A stretch of 64,000 nucleotides of DNA. Origin: Lama guanicoe. Taxonomy: Eukaryota. The DNA is taken from NCBI GenBank assembly GCA_013239625.1, contig MU053376.1, positions 1,326,833 through 1,390,832 on the forward strand, in the 5' to 3' direction. Below the pieces are notes generated by a model that ran no database searches, was not told the DNA's origin, and saw only the letters and a list, made by a program, of their open reading frames with translations. The translations under genes and the position numbers were made by a program. Positions 11,701 through 24,956 of this stretch are shown one piece after another (within the stretch, counting starts at the first letter, position 1; the number at the start of each line of letters is the position of its first letter).

Positions 11701-13569
11701 CACAACAGCCCATGGCCGCCCCGCTGCCATCTCTCAGGGGCTGTGCCCGTCCCCGGCCAGGCGGCCTAGCCCCTTGGGTCTCAGCCCTGGCCCTCCTCTC
11801 CCTCCAGTCCGGTGTCTGAGCACCCACTACACACTCCGCACTCCGGCTGGCAGGCCGAGGACGCCTGCCTGGGCTTTCCTGCCACCTCCCTCAGCAGCTC
11901 CAGCCCAGTCAGACTCCGGGCCTTGGGCAGGCGCCCTCCCCTTGCTGGGACTCAGCGCTCCTGTCCCTGCGATGACGGGGGTGGGGGAGGGCAGATGCCT
12001 CCAGTGTCCTCCCTGCTCCCGCTTTCATAGCCACCTGTCTGTTCCCACTTTAGGGTTTTGTGGGAGCCATTTCCCTCCTCCCTTCGAGCATGCCTCCAAC
12101 TCTCCTCCAGGAAGCCTTCCCTGATCAACCCCTTGAGCACCATGCGTTCAGTTCTGTTGGCACCAAGTAGACCTACTCCAATGCTGATGCCAGGGCTTCA
12201 TGGGGGCCTTACCCCCTCATAGCCTTCATTTCCCAAGAGGCCACCCAAATATACACAACCTACGGGGAAAACAGGCAGCTTAGTATGGAAATGTGACCTC
12301 CAGGTAAGTTTCTGCACACACCCCCACCTACCCTAAAGCCCGACTGTCTAGAAGTTCCCACAGCCTGTATTCTGTGCTCTTGTATCCAGGTTTCCAACAG
12401 CTGTTAGGTCTCCTCCTGGGGTTCCAGTTGCAAGCTGCCTGGGTTGAAGAGGGCCTCTTGAGTGTGACCTCCCCTGGACAGGTCACCCCACTCTCCAATT
12501 GCTTTGTGAGGATAATGACACCAGTTGGTGACCAAGTAATGTATTTAGAGTTCCTGAGGTGCTTTCATGCATGGAAGCCCATTTTGCTCTGAAACCACCC
12601 TGTGTGGTAGACATGGCATGTACAATTAGCCCATTCCATGGATGTGGAAACTGAGGCCCTGGGAGGTTTAACACCTGGCACATAGTTCATTAAGTGACAA
12701 AGCAAGACCCCACCACCACGTCTGCCTACCTGCCTCACTGCCTTCTGCACGGCTCTGTTTGCCAGGTCAGATTTTAATCTGTGCTAGCGTCAGGGCTGTG
12801 GAGCCGTGGGCCTGGGACTGACAGGGGAGCCAGAATAAGCGGATTTAACTTCTAATCTGACTTGTCCAGCTGGTTCAGAATGCAGCCAAACGGGGAAATT
12901 TGGTTCTGCTTCCACTCCCCTTCCCCTCTCCCACAGCTGCTCTGGCATCCTCTTGCCTCTTTCCCCGCCACCCCCCACCCCCCAACTCTGGGAGCTGCGG
13001 GGTGGGGCAGGGGGTCCCAGGAGGATGTGAGCCTATGGACAGGCGGGATGTTTTTCCTACTCTGCATTGTTCTGCCCGTGCCCATTGTGTGGGCTGAGAG
13101 CAGGACGTCACCAAGTCGCCTGGCAAGCTTTCAGCAGAGCTGGAGAACATTTCCGGAGGGAACTGACCCATTATGAATGGCTGAAGCTTTTTACAAGCTT
13201 TGGCATTTCTTTGGCCCCGCCCGTTGGAGACTTGGTTCCTGGCAGCCAGCCCCGAGGTTAAAGGTCCCTCTTGGGTCTGCCAACACCTGACCCCAACTTG
13301 GGATGGCTCACACCTGAGGGTGGGAAAAGACCTGGTCACCTTGAAAAGTTTCACTGAGCTCACCCCAGAGGAAACACAAGGTCAGAATTATTTTAAAGCT
13401 GCTCTGTGTTTGCTGTGGGATGAGTAATGCTCAGTGTTCTTAACTCGCAGCTCTTCCCTCCCAGGGGAGGCATTTATTCAAGCATCCCTCTCGTTACCGC
13501 TAGGCTGGGTGTGCCTCCAGAGCGGGTCCTGGATACCCGGTGCATTGCATTGGTTTTCTCACGGTTTGG

Positions 13570-13730
13570 TTGAATTCTCATGGCAAGACCAATAAGCAGG
13601 TATAATGCCCCATTTCTTACAGATGAGAAAACTGAGACTCACAGAGGTTAGGAATTCATTCCAGCCCACATAGCTGCTTCGTGGCAGAGCTGGGATTTGA
13701 ACCCAGGTCTGTGACACTCCAAAGTCCACG
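13570..13730 (-). mobile_element. MIR SINE
   Basis: 'acagatgagaaaactgagactcacagaggtta...gcagagctgggatttgaacccaggtctgt' is the antisense MIR core. Confidence 0.8.
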
Positions 13731-13739
13731 ATCTACAAC

Positions 13740-13915
13740 AGGATATCTCAAACATTCACTTGCATAAGAGTTGACTGGGGTGCTGGCTAAGAATGCAGAT
13801 TTCTGGGCCCTGCACTCTCCCTCATTCTAAGTCAATAAATCAGGGCGGGGCAGAAATCTGCATTTTTGCCAAACAACACAGGGGATTCTGAAGCCACAGG
13901 TTGAGCAACACTGCC
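13740..13915. mobile_element. MER5-like hAT-Charlie DNA transposon remnant
   Basis: 'aatgcagatttctgggccc...aatctgcatttt...gattctgaag...ttgagcaacactg'. Confidence 0.6.
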
Positions 13916-13967
13916 TTGGGGGCTGCGCTCCATTTTGTGACTTCATCCAAGAGAGCAGCATCCTGGT

Positions 13968-14097
13968 AATAGCTTAGTGGTAGCTCAGGATACACGAGGT
14001 CCTGGGTTCAATCCCTGATACCTCCATTAAGATAAATAAACCTAATTACCCTCCCCCTCAAATAAAAATACTTTAAATACATAAATAAATAAAAACA
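13968..14097 (+). mobile_element. Vic-1-like SINE (5' partly deleted)
   Basis: 'gaggtcctgggttcaatccctgatacctccattaagataaataaacctaattaccctcccc' followed by an A-rich tail. Confidence 0.85.
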
Positions 14098-15822
14098 TAG
14101 GCCCAGCCCCAGGCCCCTGCTGAAGCGTCTGGAGGTGGCCCTCTCCCCTCACTTGCCCCTGCCTGTGTATGAAACCCAGGAGAAGCAGCCTGGAGCCCCA
14201 AAAGACAAGGGGAACCCACCTGCAGCCCAGAAAAGTCTCGCTTTACAACATCTTTCTCTGTGTGGCCTGAGCAACAAGTTCAGAGTAAAGGGGCTCTCGT
14301 TCACCCATCCGATGTTTATGGACCATGGCCATGGGATGCTCCTCCGAGATTCTCCGATGCGAGTAGAGCAGGTATCTCAGACCTGGATGCATCAGGAACC
14401 ACCTGCTCCAGGGTTACCTGGAGCTGGGGGAGGTTGCTAAGAATGCAGAGTCCTGGTCCCCACCCCAGACCTTCTTAGCCAGAATCCCTGGGGGGATGAA
14501 CTCCAGGAATCTGCGTTTTGTTGTAAGTGTGCTCCCCAGACAAGTCTGAAGCAAATAGAGGTTTGCGAACTAGTGCCCAGCAGGTCTGGGAAGGAAAGGA
14601 ACTCCTGAGGTTAAGGAGCCTGATGGGGCCCCCAGGCTACAGCCCAGGTGGGAACCCCTGGGGCGCGGCTGTGGACTGGTGAAAAGAGTGCCACGCTAAG
14701 TGCGTGGAACTCTGGGTTTGAATCCTAGCCAGGCCAGTCTGCACTCCTGGACAAGTGACAACCTCCCTGGGCCTAGTTCCTCATGGGCCAAATGAGGATA
14801 ATCTGGTCCGCCTCTCTGCATGGCTGTGAAGACCTGGTGAGCACGCAGTGGGCACTGCGTGGACGGCAGCAGGTGTGCAGTGGAAACTGATTCTACGTTC
14901 AGGCAATGCCGACAGAGGGCTCCCAGCAGCATCGAGAGCCAAGGGCTGGGTTGGGCACTTCATTCTGTTGGAGAGCCAAGGGCTGGGTTGGGCAGTTGGG
15001 GTTAGAATTCAGAATCATGACTGTGGACCCTGATGGAGTGGCCTGGGGCACCCTCAGAGGGTCAGAGGTCGGGCTGTAGCCTGAAGGACCCTGAAGCCCA
15101 AGTCATGTGCAAAGGGCTGTTTCCGTCACTCCGCTCCCCTGTCCGTCCACTCCCAAGACCCTCAACTTCACACCAAGAATCACACCAAAAGCACGGGCTC
15201 TGAGGGGTCAGCTTCCCATACGACCCTCACTGTTACTCAGTCTTGTTTCCCTGGAGTTGTCTCTGTTGAGCTGGAGGACCCTCCTCCGCACCTCCCTTGA
15301 GTGCTTCCAAGGACCCCTATCCCCTCTTCCTTGACACTCATGCCCTCCTTAGGGGCTCTTTTTTGCCTCCCCATCTCAGCAAGCCCAGGGGCCACCAGGC
15401 CAAGTACCAACTACCTCCAGGGAAAAGGATCTGATAAACCAATTCATAGCCAGCAGGCGGACTAGGCAGACGGAAGCCCTGCCCCGGAACAGGTGCACTT
15501 TACAAGCAGCTGCAAGAAAGACAGACAGGAGGACTTGAGGCGTGCATCTGCCCTGGCAGTATAGCCTTGAGGCCAAGGGCACACGCTCTGGAGACAGAGG
15601 GTTCAAATCCTGGCTAGACCATTCATTCATTGAGAGCCCTTGGGCCACCTGCTTCACCTGTCTATGCCTTAGTTTCCTTACATACAAAACAGAGACATAA
15701 CAAACATATCCACTTTTTTAACACAGGGAAAGCACTCAGAACCCGTCTGGCACATATTAGGTATTCAGTAACTATTAGTCATTATTGCTTACTAATGGAA
15801 GGATTTGGGATGTGGGGGAGCC

Positions 15823-15929
15823 TTTTTTTTTTTTTTTAGATTTTTTTCTACTCTTTTTTTTTAATGGGTTGAACCCAGGACCTCCTGCATGCTCAGCACA
15901 CACTCTATCACTAAGCTAAACCCTCTCCC
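15823..15929 (-). mobile_element. Vic-1-like SINE
   Basis: Antisense 'gggttgaacccaggacctcctgcatgctcagcacacactctatcactaagcta'; poly(T) on the left; flanking GGGGGAG(C/A)CTTTT probable target-site duplication (TSD). Confidence 0.85.
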
Positions 15930-17299
15930 GGGGGAGACTTTTAATAGTCTGGATTTCATAGGTTAACTGCCTGTGTCCATCCAGGGCTGTGTGTCTGCCA
16001 CGTCCAAGCGTAGTCCTGGCTGCCCTCATCTAAAAGGGTTGCTGTGAACGGCGCCAAGTGTCCGTGTTCTCAGGCTGGGTTCATCCTCTTGGTAAATCTT
16101 CTCGGAAATAAGGATGAGGATGCGAGCGACAGCGGCTGGATTAAGGGAGAGTCTCTATTAGTATCTCTTAAGCCAGGGCTTAAGGGAAAGCAGACATGGA
16201 CATGAAAGGAATTTGACATCTGCTCCTCTCTGCCAGGTCCTTTAAGTTCAGTGCCTGTGAACTGGAGCAGGGCTTGGTGAGATGGGAGTGGGGGCAGCTT
16301 GTGAATCACTGGGTGTCTGTGCTCTGAGACACCAGGACGGAGTGGGATTCTCTGAGAGCTTTGTTCTCCCGTATCAGTCTGTGTGTCTGCAAAAAGGCAA
16401 AGAACAGACGCAAATCCTCCAAGAAATGGGATGGATGATAGGGCCTGTTCAGTCGCTCCTCCTGCTCCAATCTCTCCGGCCTCTGGACAATTTCCCTCTG
16501 GATAAGGGCAGGCAGGAAGACTCAGAAGGCTTCTGGAGGGGACTGAAAGTCTCTGGGACAAACGTCACCTTATCTCCCAGCCCCACTTTCCCCAACGAAC
16601 ATGAGAAAAGCACTCTTCCCCGTCCCCTCTCCCTCAGGCAGACCAGCCACCCTGGGAGAGTCCTTTCCCATCAGGCGGGACCACTGGGGGTTGATCCGTG
16701 CCCATCACTGGCTTGGAAGATGCAGCTCCATCTGAAGAAGGCCACTAGGCAGAGGGCCCACCAGGATGGGACCAAGGGCTGCAGCCAGGTCGGGCAGAGC
16801 ACCAAGATCACACCCCAGAAACTCATAAGCAGGAAGGAGATGCCAAAGTGAAGGAAGCACTGCTGCCAGCAGTCACTCTCTGAGCACCTTCAACTCACAG
16901 GAGGTGGAGGAAGCACGAGGGAGCCCTCGGGCCCACACTTGCCCTGCATTCATGCTGAGTCGGCACCTGGGCTGCACCTGGAGCTTCAGGGCCTCGTAAG
17001 ACAAGGGCCACACACACGAGGACCCCCGTCGAGACAGTGGGTCACCTGAGCACAGAGGAGGGCCCCACTGATTCTATCTGGGAGGAGGGACATTTGAACT
17101 GGACACTGAAGGCTGGGTCACATTTCTGCAGGATAGGAGAGAACAGCCAAAGGACCTTGTTCAGAGGTCACAAATCCTCCCGGGGCTGGGGGCGGGGTAG
17201 GGGGAAGGATGACAGGTGACGATGGACATGTAGGTGGGACGTCGGCAGGTACATTGAAGGCACTGAGCTTTATCCTGTGGGCAGAGGCGAGTGGGGAAC

Positions 17300-18400
17300 A
17301 TACATAATTTTTTCTGGATTATTGGAAACAATATACCTTTGGCATAAAAGCCAGAGAAACAGAAAAAAGTATAAAGAAGAAAATTAAAGTCGCTGATATG
17401 CCAACTACCCAGAAATAACTACTGGTAACATTTTAATGTTTTCCTTTCAGATTCTTTCTTGTAAAGAGATCTTTAAAATGAGTGCAAGCATGATAGCTAC
17501 AATATGTGATAAATAGGCTTATTAATAAAGCAAAATGCACATTTCATATTAGAACATATTCCAAATTCAGTGAATATATAGATAAATCTACAAATTATTT
17601 TATAATAATTTAGTATAATAAGGTGCTTTTTAAAAATACATAAGTAAGGTAGAGGGTACAGCTCAGTGGTAGAACACATGCTTAGCATGCATGAGGTCCT
17701 GGGTTCAATCCCCAGTCCCTCTATTTAAGTAAATAAATAAATAAACCCAATTTCTTCCCCCATCAGAAAAATTAAAAAAAAAATTGTAATGGATAAAAAA
17801 ACTAAATCGAGATGTTATAAAGGGAAAGGTTAATTTTTATTTATTTTTAATAGACAACACATTTGTGTGCTCCATAATTCAAAAGGCACAAGAGGGTATA
17901 TAGTGAAAATGTCCCTTTCACCCCATCCACTACGATCTAGCTCCCCTCCTTGGACTCAGTAAATGTTATAACCTTCCAGGAATTCTATGCATAGGCAAGA
18001 AGATAAACACATATTATTTTGTCCCCAATTTACACAAATGTTACACAAGTGTTAGTCACTTTTTCTGCATCCTTCAGTTTTTAATTAGTATATCTTAGAT
18101 ACCACTTCCTATGAATACATAAAATTTTTCTCATTTTTATAGCTATATAATATTCCATCATATGAATGTATTCTAAAGTATTTAACAAGACTCTACTAAT
18201 AGTCATTTGGGTTGTCTATGATTGTTTGTGTTTATAAACAGTGCTGCAATAAACAGCTCTGCGTATAAGTCATCTTGTACAAGTACACCCCTGTGTGCAG
18301 GGTAACTTACCAGAAGTGCAATTACAGGTCAAGGGGCAGGTACAGTTATCATTTTGATGGATATCGTCAAACAGCCCTTTGTAGAGGTGATACTAACTGC
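17300..18400 (-). mobile_element. Old L1M (L1MD/L1ME-like) fragments, interrupted by a SINE
   Basis: AT-rich antisense L1 3' region motifs ('tattccatcatatgaatgta', 'gtcatttgggttgt', 'gtgctgcaataaaca'). Confidence 0.55.
17648..17783 (+). mobile_element. Vic-1-like SINE
   Basis: 'gagggtacagctcagtggtagaacacatgcttagcatgcatgaggtcctgggttcaatccccag' plus a taaataaa/poly(A) tail. Confidence 0.9.
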
Positions 18401-18641
18401 TTTAAAATGTCCCTCTTTTGATGTAAATGAGAGATGAAATTGGGTCTGAATTTAGAGTGTAAGGAGGCTGGATTAGAGGTGGGCAGGCAGGGACCAGTTA
18501 GGAGGCTGCAGCAATAGTACAGGAGAGACCTGTCTGGAACTGAGCTGTGCGTCAGGACCACTGGCAAAGGATCTGGAGATGTGAATTCAAAAACGTTCTG
18601 GACTTAGAACTGACAGGACAGAGACACAAATTGGCATTTGG

Positions 18642-19546
18642 TGGCCAACAGGCACACAAAAAAATGCTTAATATCACTAATTATCAGAAATGCAAATCAA
18701 AACTACAATGAGGTATCACCTCACACTAGTCAGAATGGCCATAATTTAAAAATCCACAAACCATAAAGAGAGGGTGTGGAGAAAAGGGAACCCTCCCACA
18801 CTGCTGGTGGAAATGTCGTTTGGTGCAGCCATTATTGAAAACAGTATGGAGATTACTTAAAAAACTAAAAATAGACTGACCATGATCCAGCAATCCTACC
18901 CCTGGGCATACATCCAGAGGGAACTCTAATTCGAAAAGATACATATACCCCAATGTTCATAAGAGCACTATGTACAATAGCTAAGACATGGAAACGACCT
19001 AAATGTCCATCAATAGATGACTGGATAAAGAAGTTGTGTTAGATTTATACAATGGAATACTACTCAGTGACAAAAAAGAATAAAATAATGCCATTTGCAG
19101 CAACATGGATGGACCTAGAGATTGTCATTCTAAGTGAAGTAAGTCCAAAAGAGAAAGAAAAATACCATATGAGATCATTCATATGTGGAATCTTAAAAAC
19201 AAAGAAAAGAAAAAAGAGAACACTAATGAATTTATCTGCAAAAGAAACAGACTCTCAGACATAGTAAAAAAAATCTTATGGTTACCGAGGAAAGGGTGTG
19301 GGAAGGTATAAATTTGGGAGTTCAAGATTTGCAAATGTTAACCACTATATATAAAAATAGGTAAAAATTTTTCCTCAAAAAAATTTTTTTCCTCTATATA
19401 GCACAGGGAACTATGTTCAATGTCTTGTAATAGCCTTTAATTAAAAATGTGAAAATGAATATATGCATATATATGCATGACTGGGACATTATGCACTACA
19501 CCAGAAATTGACACATTGTAACTGACTATACTGCAGTTTAAAAAAA
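18642..19546 (+). mobile_element. 5'-truncated lineage-specific L1 (end of ORF2 plus 3' UTR)
   Basis: ORF2 C-terminal peptide [31 protein letters not shown]; poly(A) tail; perfect 14-bp TSD AAATTGGCATTTGG at 18628-18641 and 19547-19560. Confidence 0.93.
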
Positions 19547-21129
19547 AAATTGGCATTTGGATGTGAGGGTGCAGAGGTCTCTGACAGGGTGACTAGAGAG
19601 GTGTGGAAATGGCATCTGAAGGAAAAAGAGATAAAACAAAAGCAGCCAAACAGAAAAGGGGAAGCCCCCTGGAACCCCGTTTCCCACAGTGTAGAGATAT
19701 TGATTATAATGGTAAAATTCTTACTTTGCTTCATTCCCATATCAAGGACAATGACCTACACTCTGCAAAACGTAAAACAGACACATTAAGAGGGAACCGA
19801 AGATTTCCCTTTAAAGGTAGATTACTGGCCACCTGGGTTTGCCACTTCCCTTTCTGTGATCCCACTAAAATGATTATAAAGTAATGAGGAAAAATTTACT
19901 CTCTCAATGGCAAAGAGACCAGGAGGGAGGCCACTAGCAGATAAACATTCTAGGCAAAGTACAGAAGCTGAGAAATGGAGAAAAGAGCGGTCACTGATGA
20001 AGCCGGTGGAGCACAGTGACTCGGGGGGAGGCAGCTGAGACGGCCGCACATTATCCCATTATCCCGAGATGATATGAGGTTGGACAGTGCAGAGGAGGCA
20101 GGAGACACAGCCACAGCTGAAGTGAGGATTGACCAACGGTATCTGGAGCAGTCAACTCCCAAGCAACACACGGGGCAGCCAGGGATCCATCCCGTCAGAG
20201 GGTTCAATTCAGTGGCCCCAAAGAAGGGACTTCTGCCTCTTTTACTTGGAACCCCCACGTGAGGCAGGCTTACTGCCCAAATGAAAAGAAATCTGCCACC
20301 TGACCACCCCAGCCTTGCTCTTAAATATGAAAAGACATAGATCATCAGACATTTGAAAAAAAGCCTCTGGCATTAAAAAAAAAAAAGATAAAGATAAATG
20401 GGGGTGGGGAGGATGCTTCATAATAAAGAGAAATAATGTAGGAAATAGAAGACCGAAGGAATTTTCAAAAATGAATAGGTAAAGAGGGAGAATAGAAATA
20501 AGTACAGGATGCTGTGAAAGGGGGGGCAGAAAATAAGTGCGAGCTATTGGAAATTAAAATAGGATTATGGAAATTAAAATTTCAGTAGAACGTGTTGGGA
20601 GGTAAGTGAATTAGAAATTTGCCTAATGTCTGGATAAGAGAAATATCCAGAAAAAAAAAAGATAAAACAGAAGGGAAGAAATCCTCAAATAAGAAAACAA
20701 AATAATTCGCCAAAGCTGAAGGACGGCTTGTACAGGGGACGCCAAGATTCCAACACAGCGAGTGAATGAGGCACCCACATATGAGCACCATCAAGGTGAA
20801 ATTTTAGAATAGCAATGATAAAGACAAGATCCTAAAAACTTCCCTAGTGGAACAGAAAAGTTTGCAGACTGGCCTCAGGGCTTTCATGAGCAAAGGCTAG
20901 AATGATGCCTTCAACATTCTGTGAAAAAAGCAATTTTCAGCGAAGGAATCTATATCCATCCAAATTATCATTCAAGTGTGAGAGTGGAGCTATAACACTT
21001 TGAGAAGCTAGGGACTCGGGAAGTCTATGACATATCACACACCCCTTCTTAAGAAATTACCTGAGATGTGGCGCAGCAAAATGATAGCCTAGACTAAAAA
21101 AACAAACAAAGGCAAAGACAAAAAAAGGA

Positions 21130-21210
21130 GGGAGGGGCGTAACTCCATAGTGGAGCTAGTGCCTAGCAGGCAGAAGGTCCTGGGTTCAATCCCCAGTACC
21201 TCCATTAAAA
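21130..21210 (+). mobile_element. Vic-1-like SINE
   Basis: 'aggtcctgggttcaatccccagtacctccattaaaa' B-box and 3' end. Confidence 0.85.
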
Positions 21211-21211
21211 G

Positions 21212-21310
21212 ACATACATACATACATACATACATACATACATACATACATACATACAAAGGGAGGGAGAAAGGATGGAGGGAAGGAAGGAAGGGAGGAA
21301 GGAAGGAAAG
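21212..21310. repeat. (CATA)n microsatellite followed by GGAA-rich simple repeat (SINE tail)
   Basis: CATA tandem at 21212-21257, then a ggaa/ggga run. Confidence 0.9.
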
Positions 21311-21414
21311 GAGAAAACAGTGGGACCAGCCTAGGGCATCAGTGAAAAGAAGACATTCCCAGCCAACAGCTGTGTAACAGAAAAGCAACACGCCCAAATC
21401 AAAGCATAAGAGAG

Positions 21415-21570
21415 TAGCGCAGGGAACTATATTCAATATCTTGTTATAACCTTTACTGAAAAAGAATATGAAAACAAATATATGTATGCATATTAATGGC
21501 TGGGACATTGTGCTGCACACCAGAAACTGATGCATTGTCACTGACGACACTTCAATTTTTGAAAAAAAGA
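21415..21570 (+). mobile_element. Short L1 3'-end fragment
   Basis: 'cagggaactatattcaatatcttgt...ctgggacattgtgctgcacaccagaaa' matches the 3' end of the L1 at 19400-19546. Confidence 0.85.
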
Positions 21571-21942
21571 GAGAGAGGGCTCTGTGTGAGAGGTCCTTTA
21601 GAAAAAGAGGGATCTCAGAAATAGAATACTCGATAAGCTGAAAAGTTGGAAACAAACTTGAGGAAATGATCATGGCCAGTAAAGAGAAGAAGAGAAGGGG
21701 AAGGGGAAGCAGAAAGGCAATCTGAAACTATGAAAAACTAAAACAGATAAAAGAAACATAATTATAGGATGTTGCTGGCTCTGTAATAAATAATATTTAC
21801 ATTCTCATAAATAAAAGCATTATTTATTGGTTTTGACCTTCTAGAACCAACTAATAGGCCAAGCACAGAAGATTTAATTATGGTTAGAAAGTTAAAATAT
21901 ACAGATCATCGACACTGAGCATTTAAAATAAGTGTTCAAGAT

Positions 21943-22085
21943 GGGAGGGTATAGCTCAGTTGTAGAGTGCATGCCTAGCATGCACAATCCCTAATACCTC
22001 CATTAAAAAATAATAAATGAGCCTAATTATTGCCCTCTCAACAAAGTTTTTAAAAAGGATAAAATAAAAATAAAATTTAAAATAT
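21943..22085 (+). mobile_element. Vic-1-like SINE with an internal deletion across the B-box
   Basis: 'gggagggtatagctcagttgtagagtgcatgcctagcatgcac|aatccctaatacctccattaaaa'. Confidence 0.85.
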
Positions 22086-22639
22086 AAAGTAAATGTTCAG
22101 AAGACAGAAGCTGAGAAGGGGAGCCAAAAGGGAGAGGTAGGAGTGATAACCATATTCTACAAAACAGTGAGTCAAAACTACTATCAATAGCTGATGCAAT
22201 GAGAAATAAAAACATAAATATGTTACTTAAAGCAACATGGGTAATCAACAGATTTATTTTTATTTTATTTAGAGGAACTAAATAAAAACTGCAGTATAAC
22301 CGTATTGGGAGTAGGGTGGGGGAGGTTGGTTGGATGATCTATATGAATTAAATCCTCATCTTTCATAGTTATAAATCAATAAAGGATGTTTAAAATTGAG
22401 AAACACAGAAACAGCAGCAGAAGCACATTATTTAAAGATACAGAAATCACTCCCAGAATAAAGAGCTAAAAGACTTAGAAGCAGTTGCCTCAAGGAGCAG
22501 GACTAGAGGGAGAAGAAATGAGGGTGGGACTGTTCATTGTTGGCTCTTCTGTTCTACTTTATTTTTAACCATGTACATGAATTCCTTGGATATGAAAATT
22601 TAAGTACATCACAAGATAGATGAGAGCTTACGTGGCTGC

Positions 22640-22870
22640 AAATGAATTCTGGGACCAGAGTCAGATGAATTAGACACAGAGTCATGAAATACCTTGCATG
22701 TAGGACTGAAAAACAACCTGGATAAATGATGAGAACGTCGAAGATAAAAAAATGTTCTGATTTTCACAAAGAGACAGAAGGTATTTCTGGAAACTATAGA
22801 CCAAATGGCTTGATATAGAATCTTGGCAAAATTCTAGCACAGATTATTAAAACAGATGGCTTGAGAGTGC
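22640..22870 (+). mobile_element. CR1/L3 LINE reverse-transcriptase-region remnant
   Basis: Translates as SGNYRPNGLI*NLGKILAQIIK, resembling the CR1 ORF2 motif GNYRPVSLTSIPGKILEQIIK. Confidence 0.7.
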
Positions 22871-22994
22871 TTCGTGATTTATTTATTTATTTATACTCTG
22901 CTTCCTCCCAAAAAGAAGAATTTGTAGCAGCTGACAAAGACACAGACAATACATAAGACAAAAAAGAAAAAAAAAGGTTTTTAATGAGAAAAGA

Positions 22995-23535
22995 TCCTCA
23001 AAAAAGTTAAACATAGAAGTACCATATGATCCAGCAAATCCTCTTGTAGGTATATACCCAAGGGAACTGAGACATGGTCACATAAAAACTTGTAAATGAA
23101 TGTCTGTAGCAGCATTATTCATGATAGCCAAAAGTTGGAAACCCAAATGCGCATGGAAAAACAAAATGTGGTACATCTATACAATGGAATATTACTCAGT
23201 CATTAAAAAGTGAATAAAGTATTGATACGTACTACAACATGAGGGAAACTTGAAAATATTATGCTAAATAAATGAAGCTGGAAATAAAGGGGACATAATT
23301 ATATGATCCCGTTTATATGAAATGTCCAGAATAGGCAAATCCATAGGCAGAAAGTAGACTGTTGATTGCCAAAGGGGAGGGCAGGAATGAGGAGTGACTG
23401 TTAATGAGCAAAGAATCTCTTTTGGGGGTGTTGAAAATGTTCTGGAATTACATAGTGGTGATGTGAATACACTAAAAACCACCAAATTGTACACTTTAAA
23501 AGAGGAAATTTTATACTGTGTGAATTATATTGATT
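22995..23535 (+). mobile_element. L1MB-like LINE 3' fragment
   Basis: 'accatatgatccagcaa...gcagcattattcatgatagccaaaagttggaa...acaatggaatattactcag...aatgtccagaataggcaaatccatag'. Confidence 0.85.
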
Positions 23536-24216
23536 GAAAAGCATTATGGGAAAAAATGAGGAAAGGAGGGTGAAGAGAAAAGGACAGAAAATAAAGAGGA
23601 ATCAGGTCAGGGCACAACGCATGTACCATAAAATGCTATCCAGGTGATAAAGGTGGATCACGACTCTGACCAGGAGCATTCCGGCAGCTAGTACAAGCTT
23701 GGAAAACAGTGTTCATTAAATGATTTCCAGCATCCATAAGATAAACATGAACTGGTTCATCAGGAGAATCACAGCTTTTCCTGGTGCAGATGCCAATAGA
23801 AATCTCTCCTATGTGTCTTCTTACCCACTTCAGGGGTCATTGGCAACATCCCTACCGTAACTCCACTCACGTATCTTAGAGTTGCTCAAACTAAGCACAA
23901 AACCCAGGATGAGTCAATAAAGACACTTTAATGAGGGGCCTAAATGGTGCAAGATATACAAGCAGTTCCTGTTGATAAAATGTTCATTGTCTGGAGCAGT
24001 GGTTTCCAGCCTTGGCTGTGCATTAGGAAGCTCCAGGGAGCTTTTGCAAAATACAAACGCAAGACTCCATAAACCAGAAAGTCTGACTTTTTTGAGCTTC
24101 CAGGTGATTCTAACATACATATGATCCCCAGCTTATGATGTTTCAACTTCTGATACTTTGACTTTACACTGGTGTGAGAGCGATATGCATTCAGTGGGAA
24201 CCAAATTTGGAATTTT

Positions 24217-24956
24217 TTTCTTTTGGCGGGGGGAAGTAATTAGGTTTATTTATTTTTATTTTTTATTTTTTTATTTTTTTAAATGTAAAACTTTATTTTA
24301 GATGAGAAAATACCTTTTTACCTTTTGCTTTCCAGTAGCAACTCAATAAACAGATCCCAACTATGTTTAGCTCAAGAAATCTACAACCACATGAATTTCA
24401 TTGCTAACATTTGAAGAAAACAAAGAAACCATGAAATTTTACAATGAATTATTTACAAAATTATACTTTGTGAGACTCTATGCATCTAGAAAGACTAGAT
24501 GTTATTTTAAAAACTTGTCTCTGCCTATTTACAAAGCTGTCTTGAATATTGTCATGCAATAAAGGGAACACATACAGAACTGTGTCTAGTTCCAAGAGGT
24601 AGTGTAAATCTCTTTAACAAAATCATTTATTAACTTGAATGTTTAAACAAAAAGAAAGAAATATAAGGGGAGGGATGAATAACCAACAGTTAACCATAGT
24701 GTCAGCTATGGACACTAGGAGACTTATGACGTGACATGTCAACATAGGTCATCAGTCATAGCAAATATGCACTCTGATGAGGGATGCTGATAACAGGGGT
24801 GGATCATGTATGTGTGGGGCCAGGGGGTATATGGGAAATCTCTGTACCTTCCCCTCAGGTTTATTTATTTTTAGAGAAGGTACCGAGGATTGAACCCAGG
24901 ACCTTTAGCTTTCATGTTAAGCATGCACTCTACCACTTGAGCTATACCCTCCCCCT
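24217..24956 (-). mobile_element. Vic-1-like SINE split by a ~600 bp retroposed insert
   Basis: SINE 5' part at 24857-24956 and 3' tail (AAACCTAATTACTTCCCCCC + A-rich) at 24217-24257; outer TSD ATTTGGAATTTT at 24205-24216 and 24960-24971. Confidence 0.85.
24258..24856 (-). pseudogene. 5'-truncated polyadenylated retrocopy (3' UTR-like, source unidentified) containing an L1MC-like fragment
   Basis: AATAAA on the - strand (TTTATT 24292-24297) 11 nt from a poly(A) tract (24258-24280); 16-bp TSD AGGTTTATTTATTTTT at 24242-24257 and 24857-24872. Confidence 0.7.

Noticed and set aside
19052..19264. 70-aa [14 protein letters not shown]...
   Set aside because: It is the C-terminal fragment of L1 ORF2 in a truncated element, not a host gene.
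21089..21673. 194-aa hydrophobic ORF on the - strand
   Set aside because: It is built from an antisense L1 3' end, (CATA)n/GGAA repeats and a SINE.
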